This document shows positions 28,801-42,191 of a stretch of 64,000 nt of DNA, piece after piece; position 1 is the stretch's first letter, and the number at the start of each line of letters is the position of its first letter. The stretch spans positions 3,317-67,316 of the forward strand of contig VBAK01000108.1 in assembly GCA_005882275.1 (NCBI GenBank). Reading direction: 5' to 3'. Position numbers and translations under genes: made by a program. Under the pieces are notes generated by a model. The model was not told where the DNA came from. It saw only the letters and a program-made list of their open reading frames with translations, and did not search any database. Source of the stretch: Candidatus Segetimicrobium genomatis. Lineage in GTDB: Bacteria; Sysuimicrobiota; Sysuimicrobiia; Sysuimicrobiales; Segetimicrobiaceae.

Positions 28801-30923
28801 AGTCGCCCACCAAGGCGCGGACGGTCAAGAAGCTGCTGGACCGGAAATACGAGGTCATGGCGTCCATGGGGCACGTCAAGGACCTCCCGCGCAGCCAGCT
28901 CGGGGTGGACGTCGAGCACGAGTTTACCCCGAAGTACGTCGTCCCCAAGGGGAAGGGGCCCATTATCAAGGAGCTGAAGGCCGCGGCCAAGAAGGCCTCG
29001 GCCGTCTACCTGGCCACCGACCCGGACCGCGAAGGCGAAGCGATCTCCTGGCACCTGGCGACCATCCTCACCCCGGTCAACCCCAAGATCAAGCGGATCG
29101 AGTTTCACGAGGTGACGAAGGACGCCGTTCGGAAGGCGCTCCAATCTCCCCGCGATATCAATGCCAGCCTGGTGAACGCGCAGCAGGCGCGCCGGATCCT
29201 GGACCGCCTGGTGGGGTACAAGATCAGCCCGCTGCTCTGGCGGAAGATCCGCGGCGGGTTGAGCGCAGGCCGGGTGCAGTCGGTGGCCGTGCGGCTCATC
29301 TGCGAGCGGGAGCAGGAGATCGAAGCCTTCGTGCCTCAGGAGTACTGGTCGATCGCCGCGCGGCTGGCGCGGGAAGGCGATACGGCGGCCTTCGTCGCCC
29401 GGCTCGTCGGCAGGACGAAGGACAGCGTCGCCGCCGACGGCAAGGGCGGAGAGAAGATCGAGATCCCGAACGAGGCGGCCGCCAAGGCGATCGTGCAGGA
29501 ACTGGAGCAGGTGCCGTTCAGCGTCTCGGAGATCCGCCGCAAAGATCAGCAGCGCCACCCGGCCGCGCCGTTCACGACGAGCACCCTCCAGCAGGAGGCG
29601 AACCGGAAGCTGGGCTACTCGGCGGCGCGCACGATGGTGGTGGCGCAGCAGCTCTACGAAGGCATGGACGTCGGGGCGGAAGGCACCGTGGGATTGATCA
29701 CCTACATGCGCACCGACGCCGTCCGGGTCGCCGACGAAGCCCAGGGGCAGGCCCGTGACTACATCGGGCAGACGTTCGGCGCGCCCTACGTCCCCGCGCA
29801 GCCGCGCCAGTATACGTCCCGCCGGAACGCGCAGGGGGCCCACGAGGCCATCCGGCCGACGTCGGTCCTGCGGACCCCGGAGGTCATGAAGCCGTTCCTC
29901 AAGGCCGACCAGCACAAGGTCTACCGGTTGATCTGGGAGCGCTTCGTCGCCAGCCAGATGGCCTCGGCGGTGCTCGACACGCTCGCCGTGGACATCACCG
30001 CCGGCCCCTACCTCTTCCGGGCCACGGGGTCGCGCGTGAAGTTCCCGGGATTCCTGCGCGTCTACATGGAGGGGCGCGACACCGACGAGGAGGACGCGCC
30101 CGAGGGCTGGCTGCCCGATGTGCAGGAGCAGGAGCGCCTGCGCCTGCTCGGTCTCGATCCGGCCCAGCACTTCACCCAGCCGCCGCCCCGCTACACGGAG
30201 GCGACGCTGGTGCGCGCGCTGGAAGAGCGCGGGATCGGCCGGCCCAGCACCTACGCGCCCATCATCGAGACGGTCAAGCACCGCGGCTACGTGGAGGTGG
30301 AGGACCGGCGGATGTACCCGACGGAGCTCGGTATCCTGGTCAACTCCCTGCTGGTCGAGCACTTCGCCAAGGTGGTCGATGTCGATTTCACCGCCCACAT
30401 GGAGGAGGATCTCGATCGGGTGGAGGAAGGGCAGGAGGACTGGGTGCGGCTGCTCCGCGGGTTCTACGGGCCCTTTGCCGAGGTGTTGCACAAGGCGGAG
30501 CAGAACATCGAAGAGGTCGAGATGGCGCCCGAGGAGATCGGGGAGCCGTGTCCGCGGTGCGGCAAGGCGCTCGTCAAGCGGCGCGGCCGCTTCGGCCTGT
30601 TCATCGCCTGCTCCGGGTACCCGGAGTGCTCGTACACGCGGCCGGTCGGCATCGGCGTCCGGTGCCCGACCGACGGCGGCGAGATCGTGGAGCGGCGCAC
30701 CAGGAAGGGACGGATGTTCTTCGGATGCGCCAATTATCCGGCGTGCACGTTTACCTCGTGGGACCGGCCGACCGGCCGGACCTGCCCCGTTTGCGGCCAG
30801 ATGCTGGTCGCCAAGCGGGCCAGGCGGGGCGCGCCCACGCCGGTGGTCTGCAGCAACAAGACGTGCGAATACAAAGAAGCCCCGAAGCCTCGGGAGGTCG
30901 AGCAGGTCGGGGCTCCGTCCTGA
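28776..30923 (+). CDS. topA: DNA topoisomerase I
   Basis: Toprim VVVESPTKA and [13 protein letters not shown], active-site region [10 protein letters not shown], three C-terminal zinc ribbons (CPRCG..., CPTDGG..., CPVCG...). Confidence 0.95.
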   Translation: MVKSLVVVESPTKARTVKKLLDRKYEVMASMGHVKDLPRSQLGVDVEHEFTPKYVVPKGKGPIIKELKAAAKKASAVYLATDPDREGEAISWHLATILTPVNPKIKRIEFHEVTKDAVRKALQSPRDINASLVNAQQARRILDRLVGYKISPLLWRKIRGGLSAGRVQSVAVRLICEREQEIEAFVPQEYWSIAARLAREGDTAAFVARLVGRTKDSVAADGKGGEKIEIPNEAAAKAIVQELEQVPFSVSEIRRKDQQRHPAAPFTTSTLQQEANRKLGYSAARTMVVAQQLYEGMDVGAEGTVGLITYMRTDAVRVADEAQGQARDYIGQTFGAPYVPAQPRQYTSRRNAQGAHEAIRPTSVLRTPEVMKPFLKADQHKVYRLIWERFVASQMASAVLDTLAVDITAGPYLFRATGSRVKFPGFLRVYMEGRDTDEEDAPEGWLPDVQEQERLRLLGLDPAQHFTQPPPRYTEATLVRALEERGIGRPSTYAPIIETVKHRGYVEVEDRRMYPTELGILVNSLLVEHFAKVVDVDFTAHMEEDLDRVEEGQEDWVRLLRGFYGPFAEVLHKAEQNIEEVEMAPEEIGEPCPRCGKALVKRRGRFGLFIACSGYPECSYTRPVGIGVRCPTDGGEIVERRTRKGRMFFGCANYPACTFTSWDRPTGRTCPVCGQMLVAKRARRGAPTPVVCSNKTCEYKEAPKPREVEQVGAPS

Positions 30924-30967
30924 CGTCTGCCGCGGGACGCGGCGTCCGCGGGGCAGGGGCGGCGCGG

Positions 30968-31495
30968 ATGCGGTCGACGACCATCCTCGCCGTGCGGCGC
31001 GATGGGGTGGTCGCCGTGGCCGGCGACGGCCAGGTGAGCGCCGGGAACACCGTGCTCAAGCAGGGCGCGAAGAAGGTGCGGCGCGTCGCCGATGGGGTGC
31101 TCCTTGGGTTCGCCGGCTCGGCCGCCGACGGGCTCACCCTCTTCGAAAAGCTCGAGCAGAAGCTGACCGCCTATCACGGGAACCTCCCCCGGGCGGCGGT
31201 CGAACTGGCCAAGGACTGGCGGACCGACCGGATCCTCCGGAGGCTGGAAGCCCTCATGGTCGTTGCGGACCGGGAGCATATTTTTGTGCTGTCGGGGGGC
31301 GGCGACATCGTGGAGCCTGACGACGGCGTGGCCGCCGTCGGGTCGGGCGGCCCGTACGCCCTGGCGGCCGCCCGCGCGCTGCTGCGGCACTCGACCCTGT
31401 CCGCGGAGGAGATCGCCCGCGAGGCGCTGCGCCTCGCCGGGGAGATCGACGTCTTCACCAACGACCGCCTCACCGTCGAGGTCCTCCGCCCATGA
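30968..31495 (+). CDS. hslV: ATP-dependent protease subunit HslV
   Basis: [10 protein letters not shown]...[29 protein letters not shown]. Confidence 0.92.
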   Translation: MRSTTILAVRRDGVVAVAGDGQVSAGNTVLKQGAKKVRRVADGVLLGFAGSAADGLTLFEKLEQKLTAYHGNLPRAAVELAKDWRTDRILRRLEALMVVADREHIFVLSGGGDIVEPDDGVAAVGSGGPYALAAARALLRHSTLSAEEIAREALRLAGEIDVFTNDRLTVEVLRP

Positions 31496-32919
31496 CCCCC
31501 GATCCCCGCCGCGATCCGCCCCTGTCGATGGACGCGCTGACGCCGCGCCGGATCGTCGCCGAGCTCGATAAGTACATCGTCGGGCAGGCGGCGGCGAAGC
31601 GTTCGGTGGCCATCGCCCTGCGCAACCGCTACCGGCGGAGCCGCATCACGCCGGACCTGCGGGACGAGATCATCCCCAAGAACATCCTGATGATCGGGCC
31701 GACGGGGGTCGGCAAGACCGAGATCGCCCGGCGGCTGGCCCGGCTCGCCGCCGCGCCGTTCGTCAAGGTGGAGGCGACCAAGTTCACCGAGGTCGGATAC
31801 GTCGGGCGGGACGTCGACTCGATGGTACGCGACCTCGCGGAGGCCGCGGTCCAGATGGTGCGGGCCGAGCGCATGCGCGCCGTCGAGGCGAGAGCCGCCG
31901 CCCAGGCCCGCGAGCGCCTCATCGAGCTCCTGGCGCCGTCCCCCCGGCGGGACGCCACGTTCGCCAATCCGCTGGAGGCGTTGTTCGGCGGCCGGTCCGC
32001 CGCCCCGGCGCCGCCGCCGGTCGAGGGGACCCCGGCGGACGTTCTGGAGCGGCGGGCGACCCTGCGGGAGCGGCTGGAGCGGGGTGAGCTCGACCAGGAG
32101 ATGGTGGAGATCGAAGTGGAGGAGGCCGGGTCCCCGATGATCGAGGTGTTCTCGGGCCACGGGGCGGAGGAGATGGGGATCAACCTCCAGGATCTGTTCG
32201 GCACCGTCCTGCCCCGGCGGCGCAAGCGCCGGCGCATGACGGTGCCGGACGCGCTCCGGGTGCTGACGGGCGAAGAGGCGCAGAAGCTGATCGATCCGGA
32301 CGAAGCGGTCCGCGAGGGCGTCCGCCGGGCGGAAGAGTCCGGCATCATCTTCATTGACGAGCTGGACAAGATCGCCGGGCCGGCCGGGGGGGCCGGGCCG
32401 GACGTCTCGCGCGAAGGCGTCCAGCGCGACATCCTCCCGATCCTGGAAGGATCGACGGTGACGACGAAGCACGGGCCGGTGCGGACCGACCACGTCCTCT
32501 TCATCGCGGCGGGGGCGTTCCACGTCGCGAAGCCGTCGGACCTGATCCCGGAGCTCCAGGGGCGCCTGCCCATCCGCGTCGAGCTCGAGCCGCTGACCGA
32601 AGACGATTTCGTCCGGATTCTCGTCGATCCCGAGAACGCACTCACCAAGCAGTACACCGCGCTGCTCTCGACGGAAGGGGTCCGGGCGGAGTTTACCCCC
32701 GACGGCATCCGCGAACTGGCGAGCATCGCCCGTCGGGTCAACGCCGAGACCGAGGATATTGGCGCCCGGCGCCTCCACACCATTCTGGAGCGGGTGACCG
32801 AGGAGATCTCGTTCGCCGCTCCCGAATCCGCCGCCCGCGTGGTGATCGACGCGGCCTACGTGCGCGATCGCCTGAGCGGCATCCTCGCCGACCGCGACCT
32901 CAGCCGCTACATCCTCTAG
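31492..32919 (+). CDS. hslU: ATP-dependent protease ATPase subunit HslU
   Basis: ATGA overlap with the hslV stop. [43 protein letters not shown]-terminal LSRYIL. Confidence 0.95.
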   Translation: MTPDPRRDPPLSMDALTPRRIVAELDKYIVGQAAAKRSVAIALRNRYRRSRITPDLRDEIIPKNILMIGPTGVGKTEIARRLARLAAAPFVKVEATKFTEVGYVGRDVDSMVRDLAEAAVQMVRAERMRAVEARAAAQARERLIELLAPSPRRDATFANPLEALFGGRSAAPAPPPVEGTPADVLERRATLRERLERGELDQEMVEIEVEEAGSPMIEVFSGHGAEEMGINLQDLFGTVLPRRRKRRRMTVPDALRVLTGEEAQKLIDPDEAVREGVRRAEESGIIFIDELDKIAGPAGGAGPDVSREGVQRDILPILEGSTVTTKHGPVRTDHVLFIAAGAFHVAKPSDLIPELQGRLPIRVELEPLTEDDFVRILVDPENALTKQYTALLSTEGVRAEFTPDGIRELASIARRVNAETEDIGARRLHTILERVTEEISFAAPESAARVVIDAAYVRDRLSGILADRDLSRYIL

Positions 32920-32974
32920 GTCCGCCCTGCGCCTCGCGCGTGACCCGCGCGGCGTGCATTTGAGGGGGGGCCTA

Positions 32975-32983
32975 TGTTATACT
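32975..32983 (+). promoter_or_regulatory. Candidate extended -10 promoter element for rpsB-tsf (TGtTATACT)
   Basis: AT-rich island in the hslU-rpsB spacer. No convincing -35. Implies a leader of about 135 nt. Confidence 0.4.
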
Positions 32984-33122
32984 ACGGCAGGACTTTCAGC
33001 ACGCCCCATGACGGCGTCGGCGGTGCCCGGGACCTGTGCCTCTGGCGAGAGCCGGGACGTCCCCCGGGTTCCGGCGCGGGATGAGGGGGGCGGAGGCGAA
33101 CCGGAAAGGAGATGGAACGCGA

Positions 33123-35860
<2,738 letters not shown>

Positions 35861-35861
<1 letters not shown>

Positions 35862-36106
35862 TGCCGGGCCCGCGGCATGCGCCGGAGCGGCCTGCCGGTC
35901 GTCCTCCCGACGTTGTGGGGTATACATTGGAAGATGCGCAGCGCGCGGCCGACGGCGCGGGATGGACGGTGGGCGCGGTCGTGGAGACCCGCCCGCCCCG
36001 CCGGGGCCTCCGGGATCCCCGGCGGGTCGTCCGGCAGCGTGTGGACGCGGACGGACGGCTGATCCTTGTCGTGTGCGGCGAGCGCTCGGACGACGCGCGG
36101 GTGTGA
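35861..36106 (+). CDS. Hypothetical small protein with PASTA-like fold signature (81 aa)
   Basis: TGATG overlap with the frr stop. PDVVGYTLEDAQRAADGAGWTVGAVVE...RVVRQRVDADGRLILVV resembles a single PASTA repeat. Confidence 0.45.
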
Positions 36107-36208
36107 TCGGCCCCCCGGATTCCGGCTTGGCTGGCATGGGGAGCACGGCCGGCCCCCTCGGTTGAGGGGGCCTCGATGCATCAGACGCCGCCCATAGGGA
36201 GCGACTGA

Positions 36209-36991
36209 GTGGGCAGGATCCAGGACCGCACGGTAGCCGACCTGGCGGGGCGCGAGGAGACGCTCCGCGCCGCCCTCGATCCGTCGCGGATGCCGCGGCA
36301 CATTGCCGTGATCATGGACGGCAACGGCCGGTGGGCGGAGCTGCGGGGCCTCCCCCGGCTGGAAGGACACCGCGTGGGGCGCGAAGCGCTGCGGCGCGCC
36401 CTCGAGGGGGCCCGGGAGTGCGGGGTGGAGGTGCTGACCCTCTACGCCTTCAGCACCGAGAACTGGCGGAGGCCCCGCGATGAAGTCGAGGCGCTGATGA
36501 CCCTGATGGTCGAGGCGGCGAAGGAGGAGGCGCTGGACCTGCAGCAGAACGGCGTGCGATTTCGGGCGTCCGGCCTGCTCGACGCGATGCCCCCGGGCGT
36601 GCAGGCGGCCATCGCGCAGGTCGTCGCGCTCACCCAGCGCAACACGCAGATCACCTTGAACCTGGCGCTCAACTACGGCGGCCGCAGCGAGATCACCGAA
36701 GCGGCCCGGCGGCTGGCGCGGGACGTCGTGGAGGGCCGGCTCACGGTCGCGGACATCGACGAGCGCGCGTTTGAGCGCCGCCTGTTCGCGCCCGACCTGC
36801 CCGATCCGGATCTGCTGATCCGCACCGGGGGAGAGCACCGGCTCAGCAATTTCCTCCTGTGGCAGGCCGCCTACGCCGAGCTCTATTTCACCGACATCCA
36901 CTGGCCGGACTTTCGGAAGCTGGATCTCTTCGAAGCGATCCGGCGCTTCCAGACCCGCACCCGGCGGTTTGGCGGGGTGGATCTTGGATAG
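36209..36991 (+). CDS. uppS: Isoprenyl transferase (undecaprenyl diphosphate synthase)
   Basis: PRHIAVIMDGNGRWA, LTLYAFSTENWRRP, RTGGEHRLSNFLLWQAAYAELYF. Confidence 0.92.
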   Translation: MGRIQDRTVADLAGREETLRAALDPSRMPRHIAVIMDGNGRWAELRGLPRLEGHRVGREALRRALEGARECGVEVLTLYAFSTENWRRPRDEVEALMTLMVEAAKEEALDLQQNGVRFRASGLLDAMPPGVQAAIAQVVALTQRNTQITLNLALNYGGRSEITEAARRLARDVVEGRLTVADIDERAFERRLFAPDLPDPDLLIRTGGEHRLSNFLLWQAAYAELYFTDIHWPDFRKLDLFEAIRRFQTRTRRFGGVDLG

Positions 36992-37874
36992 CCTGTTCCA
37001 GGCGACGGGCCTCTCCGAGCACACCGGCGCCTCGCGCGACCATCCGGCCGCCGGGGCGGGATCCCACAGGCTGGCGACCCGGCTGGCCACCGCGGCGATC
37101 GGGATGCCCCTGACCCTCCTGGCGGTTGTCCTGGGGACCCCGTGGCTGGTCCTGGGCACCGCCGGGCTGATCGTGATCGGCCTCAACGAATTTTACCGGA
37201 TGGCCGAGCGCGCCGGGTACCGGCCGGTCCGCGCGGCCGGGATGATCGCCGGAGTGCTCTTTGCCGTCGCGGCGGCATGGCCCCAGACGTGGGAATCGCT
37301 GATCCTGCCCGCGCTGCTCGTCTCGACGGTCGCGGCGCAGCTCCCGCGGGGCCGGCCCGACCGCGTGCTGGCGAACACCGGGCTCACGGTGCTCGGCGCG
37401 CTCTACGTCGGCTATCTGTTCAGCTATATCCTCAGGCTTCGGGCGCTCCCGATCGGCCCGGGCCACACCGGCGGCCCCGCCCCGGCGCTGCTCGTCATCC
37501 TGGTGGTCTGGGCCGCCGACAGCGCCGCGTATTTCGTCGGCCTGGCCGCGGGCCGGCACAAGCTGCTCCCCCTGGTCAGCCCGAACAAGTCCCTGGAGGG
37601 CGCGGCCGGCGGCGTGCTGGCCGGGGTGGCCGGGGGGATGCTGTGCGGCGCGTTGTTCCGGATGCCGCTCCCCATGGCGGCCACCGTGGGCGGATTGTGC
37701 GCGGGCGCGAGCATCTTGGGCGATCTCTGGGAGTCGGCGATCAAGCGGGAGGTCGGGGTGAAAGATGCCGGGCGGATTCTCCCGGGACACGGCGGGATCC
37801 TGGACCGCTTCGACGGCCTTCTGTTTGCGATGGTCGTGGGGTACGTGACGATGCTGTGGTGGCCGAACGCATGA
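36969..37874 (+). CDS. cdsA: Phosphatidate cytidylyltransferase
   Basis: Multi-TM protein with the C-terminal CdsA signature SAIKREVGVKDAGRILPGHGGILDRFDG. TTG start overlaps the uppS end. Confidence 0.88.
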   Translation: MAGWILDSLFQATGLSEHTGASRDHPAAGAGSHRLATRLATAAIGMPLTLLAVVLGTPWLVLGTAGLIVIGLNEFYRMAERAGYRPVRAAGMIAGVLFAVAAAWPQTWESLILPALLVSTVAAQLPRGRPDRVLANTGLTVLGALYVGYLFSYILRLRALPIGPGHTGGPAPALLVILVVWAADSAAYFVGLAAGRHKLLPLVSPNKSLEGAAGGVLAGVAGGMLCGALFRMPLPMAATVGGLCAGASILGDLWESAIKREVGVKDAGRILPGHGGILDRFDGLLFAMVVGYVTMLWWPNA

Positions 37875-39037
37875 CGCGCCGTCTCGCCATCCTGGGCTCG
37901 ACCGGCTCCGTCGGCCGCACCGCGCTCGACGTGGTCCGGCACCTCCAAGGGCGTCCCGGCGAGGTGCAGGTGGTGGCGCTGGCGGGGCGCGCCAACATTC
38001 CGCGCCTGATCGAGCAGGTGCGCGAGCACAGACCGGCGGCGGTCGCGGTCGGGACCGCGGACGGGGCCGCCCGGCTGCGCACCGGCACGCCCGGCTGGCG
38101 CGGGGAGATCCTCGTGGGTTCCCAGGGGCTCGCCACCCTGGCGGCCGAAGCGGGCGCCGATCTGGTCCTGGTGGCGGTGGCGGGAGCGGCGGGGCTCGCG
38201 CCCACCGTGGCCGCGCTCAGCGGGGGAACGGATGTGGCCCTGGCGACCAAGGAAGCGCTGGTCGCCGGGGGAGCGCTCGTGACGGCCGCGGCGCAGCGGA
38301 CCCGCGCCCGTCTGCTGCCGGTCGACAGCGAGCATTCGGCGATCTTCCAGTGCCTCGACGGCCGCGCCCGCCACGATGTCGCGCGCCTGTGGCTGACGGC
38401 ATCCGGGGGCCCGTTCCTGCGCCTGCCGGCCGACGCCCTCGACACCGTCGGCCCCGCGGAGGCCCTCCGCCATCCCACGTGGGCGATGGGCCCAAAGGTG
38501 ACGATCGACTCGGCGACGCTCATGAACAAGGGACTGGAGGTCATCGAGGCCCATTGGCTGTTCGGCGTCGCCCCGGAGGCGATCGAGGTCGTGGTCCATC
38601 CGCAGAGCATCGTGCACTCGCTGGTCGAGTTCGTGGACGGGTCGTTCCTGGGCCAACTCGGCCCCACGGACATGCGGGTGCCGGTGCAGTACGCGCTGAC
38701 CTACCCCGAGCGCCGCCCGAGCCCGGTGACGCGGCTCGACATCCGGACGCTGACGGCGCTGAGCTTCGAGGCGCCGGACCCCGTCCGGTTTCCCTGCCTC
38801 ACCCTGGCGCGCGAGGCGCTGCTGCGCGGAGGGACCGCGCCGGCGGTGCTCAACGCCGCGAACGAGGTGGCGGTGCGCCTGTTCCTCGAGCAGCGAATCC
38901 GCTTCCCCGACATCGCGCGGCTGGTGCGCAGGGTGCTCGACAGCCACCGGCTGGTCCCGGCGTCTTCGTTGGACGCGGTGCTGGGGGCGGATCGGGACGC
39001 GCGCGAAGCGGCCGAGGCGGCGGCGCAGGTCGCGTGA
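37871..39037 (+). CDS. dxr: 1-deoxy-D-xylulose-5-phosphate reductoisomerase
   Basis: ATGA overlap with the cdsA stop. LAILGSTGSVGRTALDV, LATKEALV, PVDSEHSAIFQCL, MGPKVTIDSATLMNKGLEVIEA. Confidence 0.93.
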   Translation: MTRRLAILGSTGSVGRTALDVVRHLQGRPGEVQVVALAGRANIPRLIEQVREHRPAAVAVGTADGAARLRTGTPGWRGEILVGSQGLATLAAEAGADLVLVAVAGAAGLAPTVAALSGGTDVALATKEALVAGGALVTAAAQRTRARLLPVDSEHSAIFQCLDGRARHDVARLWLTASGGPFLRLPADALDTVGPAEALRHPTWAMGPKVTIDSATLMNKGLEVIEAHWLFGVAPEAIEVVVHPQSIVHSLVEFVDGSFLGQLGPTDMRVPVQYALTYPERRPSPVTRLDIRTLTALSFEAPDPVRFPCLTLAREALLRGGTAPAVLNAANEVAVRLFLEQRIRFPDIARLVRRVLDSHRLVPASSLDAVLGADRDAREAAEAAAQVA

Positions 39038-39123
39038 CCGGCCGTGGGGACCAAACGGAGCGAAAAGAGGGAACAATAGGGACAATGGCCGGTGCCCACT
39101 CCGTGAGTTTGGGAGGAGCCTGA

Positions 39124-40215
39124 GTGTCCACAGTCGTTCTCGCCATCCTGGCGCTGGAATTGATGATTCTCGTCCACGAGCTGGGCCACCTGATCGTCGC
39201 GAAACGCGTGGGGATTATCGTGCATACCTTTGCCATCGGGTTCGGGCCGCGCCTCTGGGCGGTCACCCGAGGGGAGACGACCTACGCGCTCAACCTCCTG
39301 CCGGTCGGCGGCTACGTGAACATGGCCGGGGAGGATCTCGACGTCCGACAGCCCGAGGTGGCTCCCGATCGCTCGTTCCGCACGAAATCCGTGGGGGCGC
39401 GCCTGGCGGTCGTCTGCGCGGGGCCCGTCATGAACTTCCTGCTCGCGGTGCTGCTCCTGGGGATCGTGGCGGTGTCGTTTGGGGTGCCGATCGGGGTCAG
39501 CACCCGGGTCGGGACGCTGCTTCCCGGTTACCCCGCCGAGCGGGCCGGCCTGCGGCCGGGCGACGTCATCATCGCGATCGACGGCCGGCCGATGCGGGAC
39601 GGGGAAGAGATCGTCCGCACGATTCATTCGAGCAACCCCACGCCTCCGGCGCAGCCTCCTTCGGGTCAGGCCGCGCTGGGCCGGACGCTCACCGTCCTCG
39701 TCCGGCGGGATGGCTCCCGGTTGGAGATCCACGTCCCCACCCAGTACGATGCGCGGCAGCGCGTGTGGTTGACGGGGTTCTCGCCGTCCGTCATCCGGGA
39801 GCATCTCGACCCCGTGCGCGCGCTCGGATGGGGGGCCGTGACCACGGGCCGCGATATCGCCTCGTACCTGGCGGCGATCGGCGGGCTGGCGATGTCCGGC
39901 CGGTTGATCGGCGAGCTGAGCGGCCCGTACACCGCGGTCAAGGTGCTCGGCCAGGCGGCCCAATCCGGAGCCGAGACCTTTTTGTATATCACCGCGTTTT
40001 TCAGCATCATCATCGGGCTCTTCAACCTGTTCCCCCTGCCGGCGCTCGACGGGGGGCGGGCGGCCTTTCTGATCGTGGAAGGGCTGAGGAGGCGTCCGGT
40101 CGATCCTCGCCGCGAGGGGTACATCCACCTGGTCGGCCTGGCGCTGCTGTTGTGCCTGATCATCGCCCTGACCGTCCGGGACATCATCCATCCGGTTCAC
40201 ATTCCCCTGCCCTGA
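39124..40215 (+). CDS. rseP: Site-2 (M50) zinc metalloprotease RseP/RasP
   Basis: HELGHLIVAK, PDZ segment (GLRPGDVIIAIDG), LNLFPLPALDGG-type motif (FNLFPLPALDGG). Confidence 0.9.
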   Translation: MSTVVLAILALELMILVHELGHLIVAKRVGIIVHTFAIGFGPRLWAVTRGETTYALNLLPVGGYVNMAGEDLDVRQPEVAPDRSFRTKSVGARLAVVCAGPVMNFLLAVLLLGIVAVSFGVPIGVSTRVGTLLPGYPAERAGLRPGDVIIAIDGRPMRDGEEIVRTIHSSNPTPPAQPPSGQAALGRTLTVLVRRDGSRLEIHVPTQYDARQRVWLTGFSPSVIREHLDPVRALGWGAVTTGRDIASYLAAIGGLAMSGRLIGELSGPYTAVKVLGQAAQSGAETFLYITAFFSIIIGLFNLFPLPALDGGRAAFLIVEGLRRRPVDPRREGYIHLVGLALLLCLIIALTVRDIIHPVHIPLP

Positions 40216-40289
40216 CGCGGGCCGGCGGCGTGAGGCCCGTCCGCGTGCGCGGCGGGACGTCGCGGGTCATGACTGGGCGGGCGGCGTGA

Positions 40290-40298
40290 TGTTACAAT
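40290..40298 (+). promoter_or_regulatory. Candidate extended -10 promoter element for ispG (TGtTACAAT)
   Basis: AT-rich island in the rseP-ispG spacer, about 30 nt upstream of the ispG ATG. Confidence 0.4.
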
Positions 40299-40328
40299 GA
40301 GGAAGCCGAACACGACTCGGGGTGGGGG

Positions 40329-41411
40329 ATGGATCGCACACACACGCGGCGCGTGAAGGTCGGACAGGTCGCGATCGGCGGCGGGGCGCCGGTCTCCGTC
40401 CAGTCGATGACCACCACCGACACCCGCGATGTCGAGGCCACCGTCGCGCAGATCGAGGCCCTCGAGGCGGCCGGGTGCGAGATCGTCCGCGTCGCCGTGC
40501 CGGACAAGGCGGCCGCCGCATCCCTCGGCCGGATCAAGTCCCGGATCCGGCTGCCCCTGGTCGCGGACATCCACTTCGACTACCGTCTGGCGCTGGGCGC
40601 CCTGGAAGCCGGGGTCGACAAGCTGCGCCTCAACCCCGGCAACATCGGGGCCGCGGATCGAGTGCGCACCGTCGCCCGCGAAGCGAAGAGCCGGGGCGTG
40701 CCGATCCGGGTTGGCGCGAACATCGGATCCCTGTCGAAGGAGATGCTCCGCAAGTACGGGGAGCCGTGCGCCGACGCGCTGGTCGAGAGCGCCCTGGACG
40801 AGATCAAGATCCTCGAGGACCTCGACTTCCACGACATCGTCATCTCCGTGAAGGCCAGCGATGTGGAGATGGCGGTCGCCGCCTACGTGAAGATCGCCGC
40901 GGCGGCCCCGTATCCGCTCCACGTGGGCATCACCGAGGCCGGGACGGTGTGGGCCGGGACGGTGAAATCCGCCGTCGGGTTGGGCGCCATCCTCTCCCGG
41001 GGCCTCGGCGATACGATTCGGGTGTCGCTGGCCGCCGACCCGGTCGAGGAAGTGAAGGCCGGCTTCGAGGTGCTGAAGTCGCTCGGCCTGCGCCTCCGGG
41101 GGCCGATCCTCGTGGCCTGTCCCTCGTGCGGGCGGGCCGATGTCGACATCATCGCGCTGGCCGAGGAGGTGGAGCGCCGCCTCCGGGAGTACCCGGTCCC
41201 CGTGAAGGTGGCGGTGATGGGGTGCGCCGTCAACGGACCCGGGGAGGCGCGGATGGCCGACCTGGGGGTCGCCGCCGGCAAGGGGATGGGGCTCATCTTC
41301 AGGAAGGGCAAGATCGTCGCCAGCCTCCCGGAGGACCGGCTCCTCGAGGGGTTGATGAAGGAAGTCGAAGCCGTGGTGCGCGAGAAGCAGGCGGCCCAGG
41401 CCGCGCGGTGA
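40329..41411 (+). CDS. ispG: 4-hydroxy-3-methylbut-2-enyl diphosphate synthase (IspG/GcpE)
   Basis: VSVQSMTTTDT, LVADIHFDYRLAL, LRLNPGNIG, CPSCGR...GCAVNGPGEA iron-sulfur ligand context. Confidence 0.95.
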   Translation: MDRTHTRRVKVGQVAIGGGAPVSVQSMTTTDTRDVEATVAQIEALEAAGCEIVRVAVPDKAAAASLGRIKSRIRLPLVADIHFDYRLALGALEAGVDKLRLNPGNIGAADRVRTVAREAKSRGVPIRVGANIGSLSKEMLRKYGEPCADALVESALDEIKILEDLDFHDIVISVKASDVEMAVAAYVKIAAAAPYPLHVGITEAGTVWAGTVKSAVGLGAILSRGLGDTIRVSLAADPVEEVKAGFEVLKSLGLRLRGPILVACPSCGRADVDIIALAEEVERRLREYPVPVKVAVMGCAVNGPGEARMADLGVAAGKGMGLIFRKGKIVASLPEDRLLEGLMKEVEAVVREKQAAQAAR

Positions 41412-41448
41412 GCCCGTCCCCGTCGGGATCCTCCCCTGATCCGCGTCG

Positions 41449-42126
41449 GTGATCTTCCCCCTCCGCGACGACATCCCATCCCGCACCTTTCCTGTCGCGA
41501 TGTCCCTGGTGATGGGCGCGTGCGCGGCGGCGTTTTATTATACGCTGGCGCTCCCGTCGCCGGTCGAGGTGAAGCGGTTGTTTACGACGTTCGGGGTGAT
41601 TCCGGCGCAGGTCACCGGGGTCGCGGTCCCCACGCCCGCGGCGTTCCCGGTCCGGCTGGGGGCGAGCCTGTTCCTGCACGGAGGCTGGACGCACCTCCTC
41701 GGCAACATGCTGTTCCTGTGGATCTTCGCGGACAACGTCGAGGATGCGATGGGGCACGGCCCGTTCCTCGTTTTCTACCTCATCTGCGGCGCGATCGCGA
41801 ACCTCGTCCATGTGCTCGCCAATCCGCTGTCGACCGAGCCGACGATCGGCGCCAGCGGCGCGATCGCCGGGGTCCTCGGCGCCTACCTGCTGCTGTACCC
41901 GAGAGCGCGGGTGCAGCTGCTCGTCTGGCTGTTGTTCGTGTTCGTGCGGTTCGTGTGGGTGCCCGCGGTGCTGTTTCTGCCGGTGTGGGTGTTCCTGCAG
42001 CTGGCCTCGGGGCTGGCCACGCTCGGGGTTCCCACGGCGGGCGGCGTCGCCTGGTGGGCGCACGTTGGCGGGTTCGCGAGCGGCATGGCGCTGGCCGGGG
42101 TCTTCGCCGGCGGGCAGCGGCGGTGA
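41449..42126 (+). CDS. Rhomboid-family intramembrane serine protease
   Basis: HGGWTHLLGNMLFLW, catalytic GASGAIAGVLGAY, later H in WWAHVGGF; six TM segments. Confidence 0.88.
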   Translation: MIFPLRDDIPSRTFPVAMSLVMGACAAAFYYTLALPSPVEVKRLFTTFGVIPAQVTGVAVPTPAAFPVRLGASLFLHGGWTHLLGNMLFLWIFADNVEDAMGHGPFLVFYLICGAIANLVHVLANPLSTEPTIGASGAIAGVLGAYLLLYPRARVQLLVWLLFVFVRFVWVPAVLFLPVWVFLQLASGLATLGVPTAGGVAWWAHVGGFASGMALAGVFAGGQRR

Positions 42127-42191
42127 CAGGCGTCCCCTCCGCGGCCCGGGCAGGAAATTTTCACCTCGTCCCGAACGCCACACCTCCGGGG

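Noticed and set aside
32935-32965. Intrinsic terminator after hslU (CGCGCG-tgacc-CGCGCG followed by gcgtgcattt)
   Set aside because: The stem is only 6 bp and the U-tract is poor. Not distinguishable from chance GC-rich palindromes. A similar weak hairpin after the SAM synthetase (43629-43643) was also not called.
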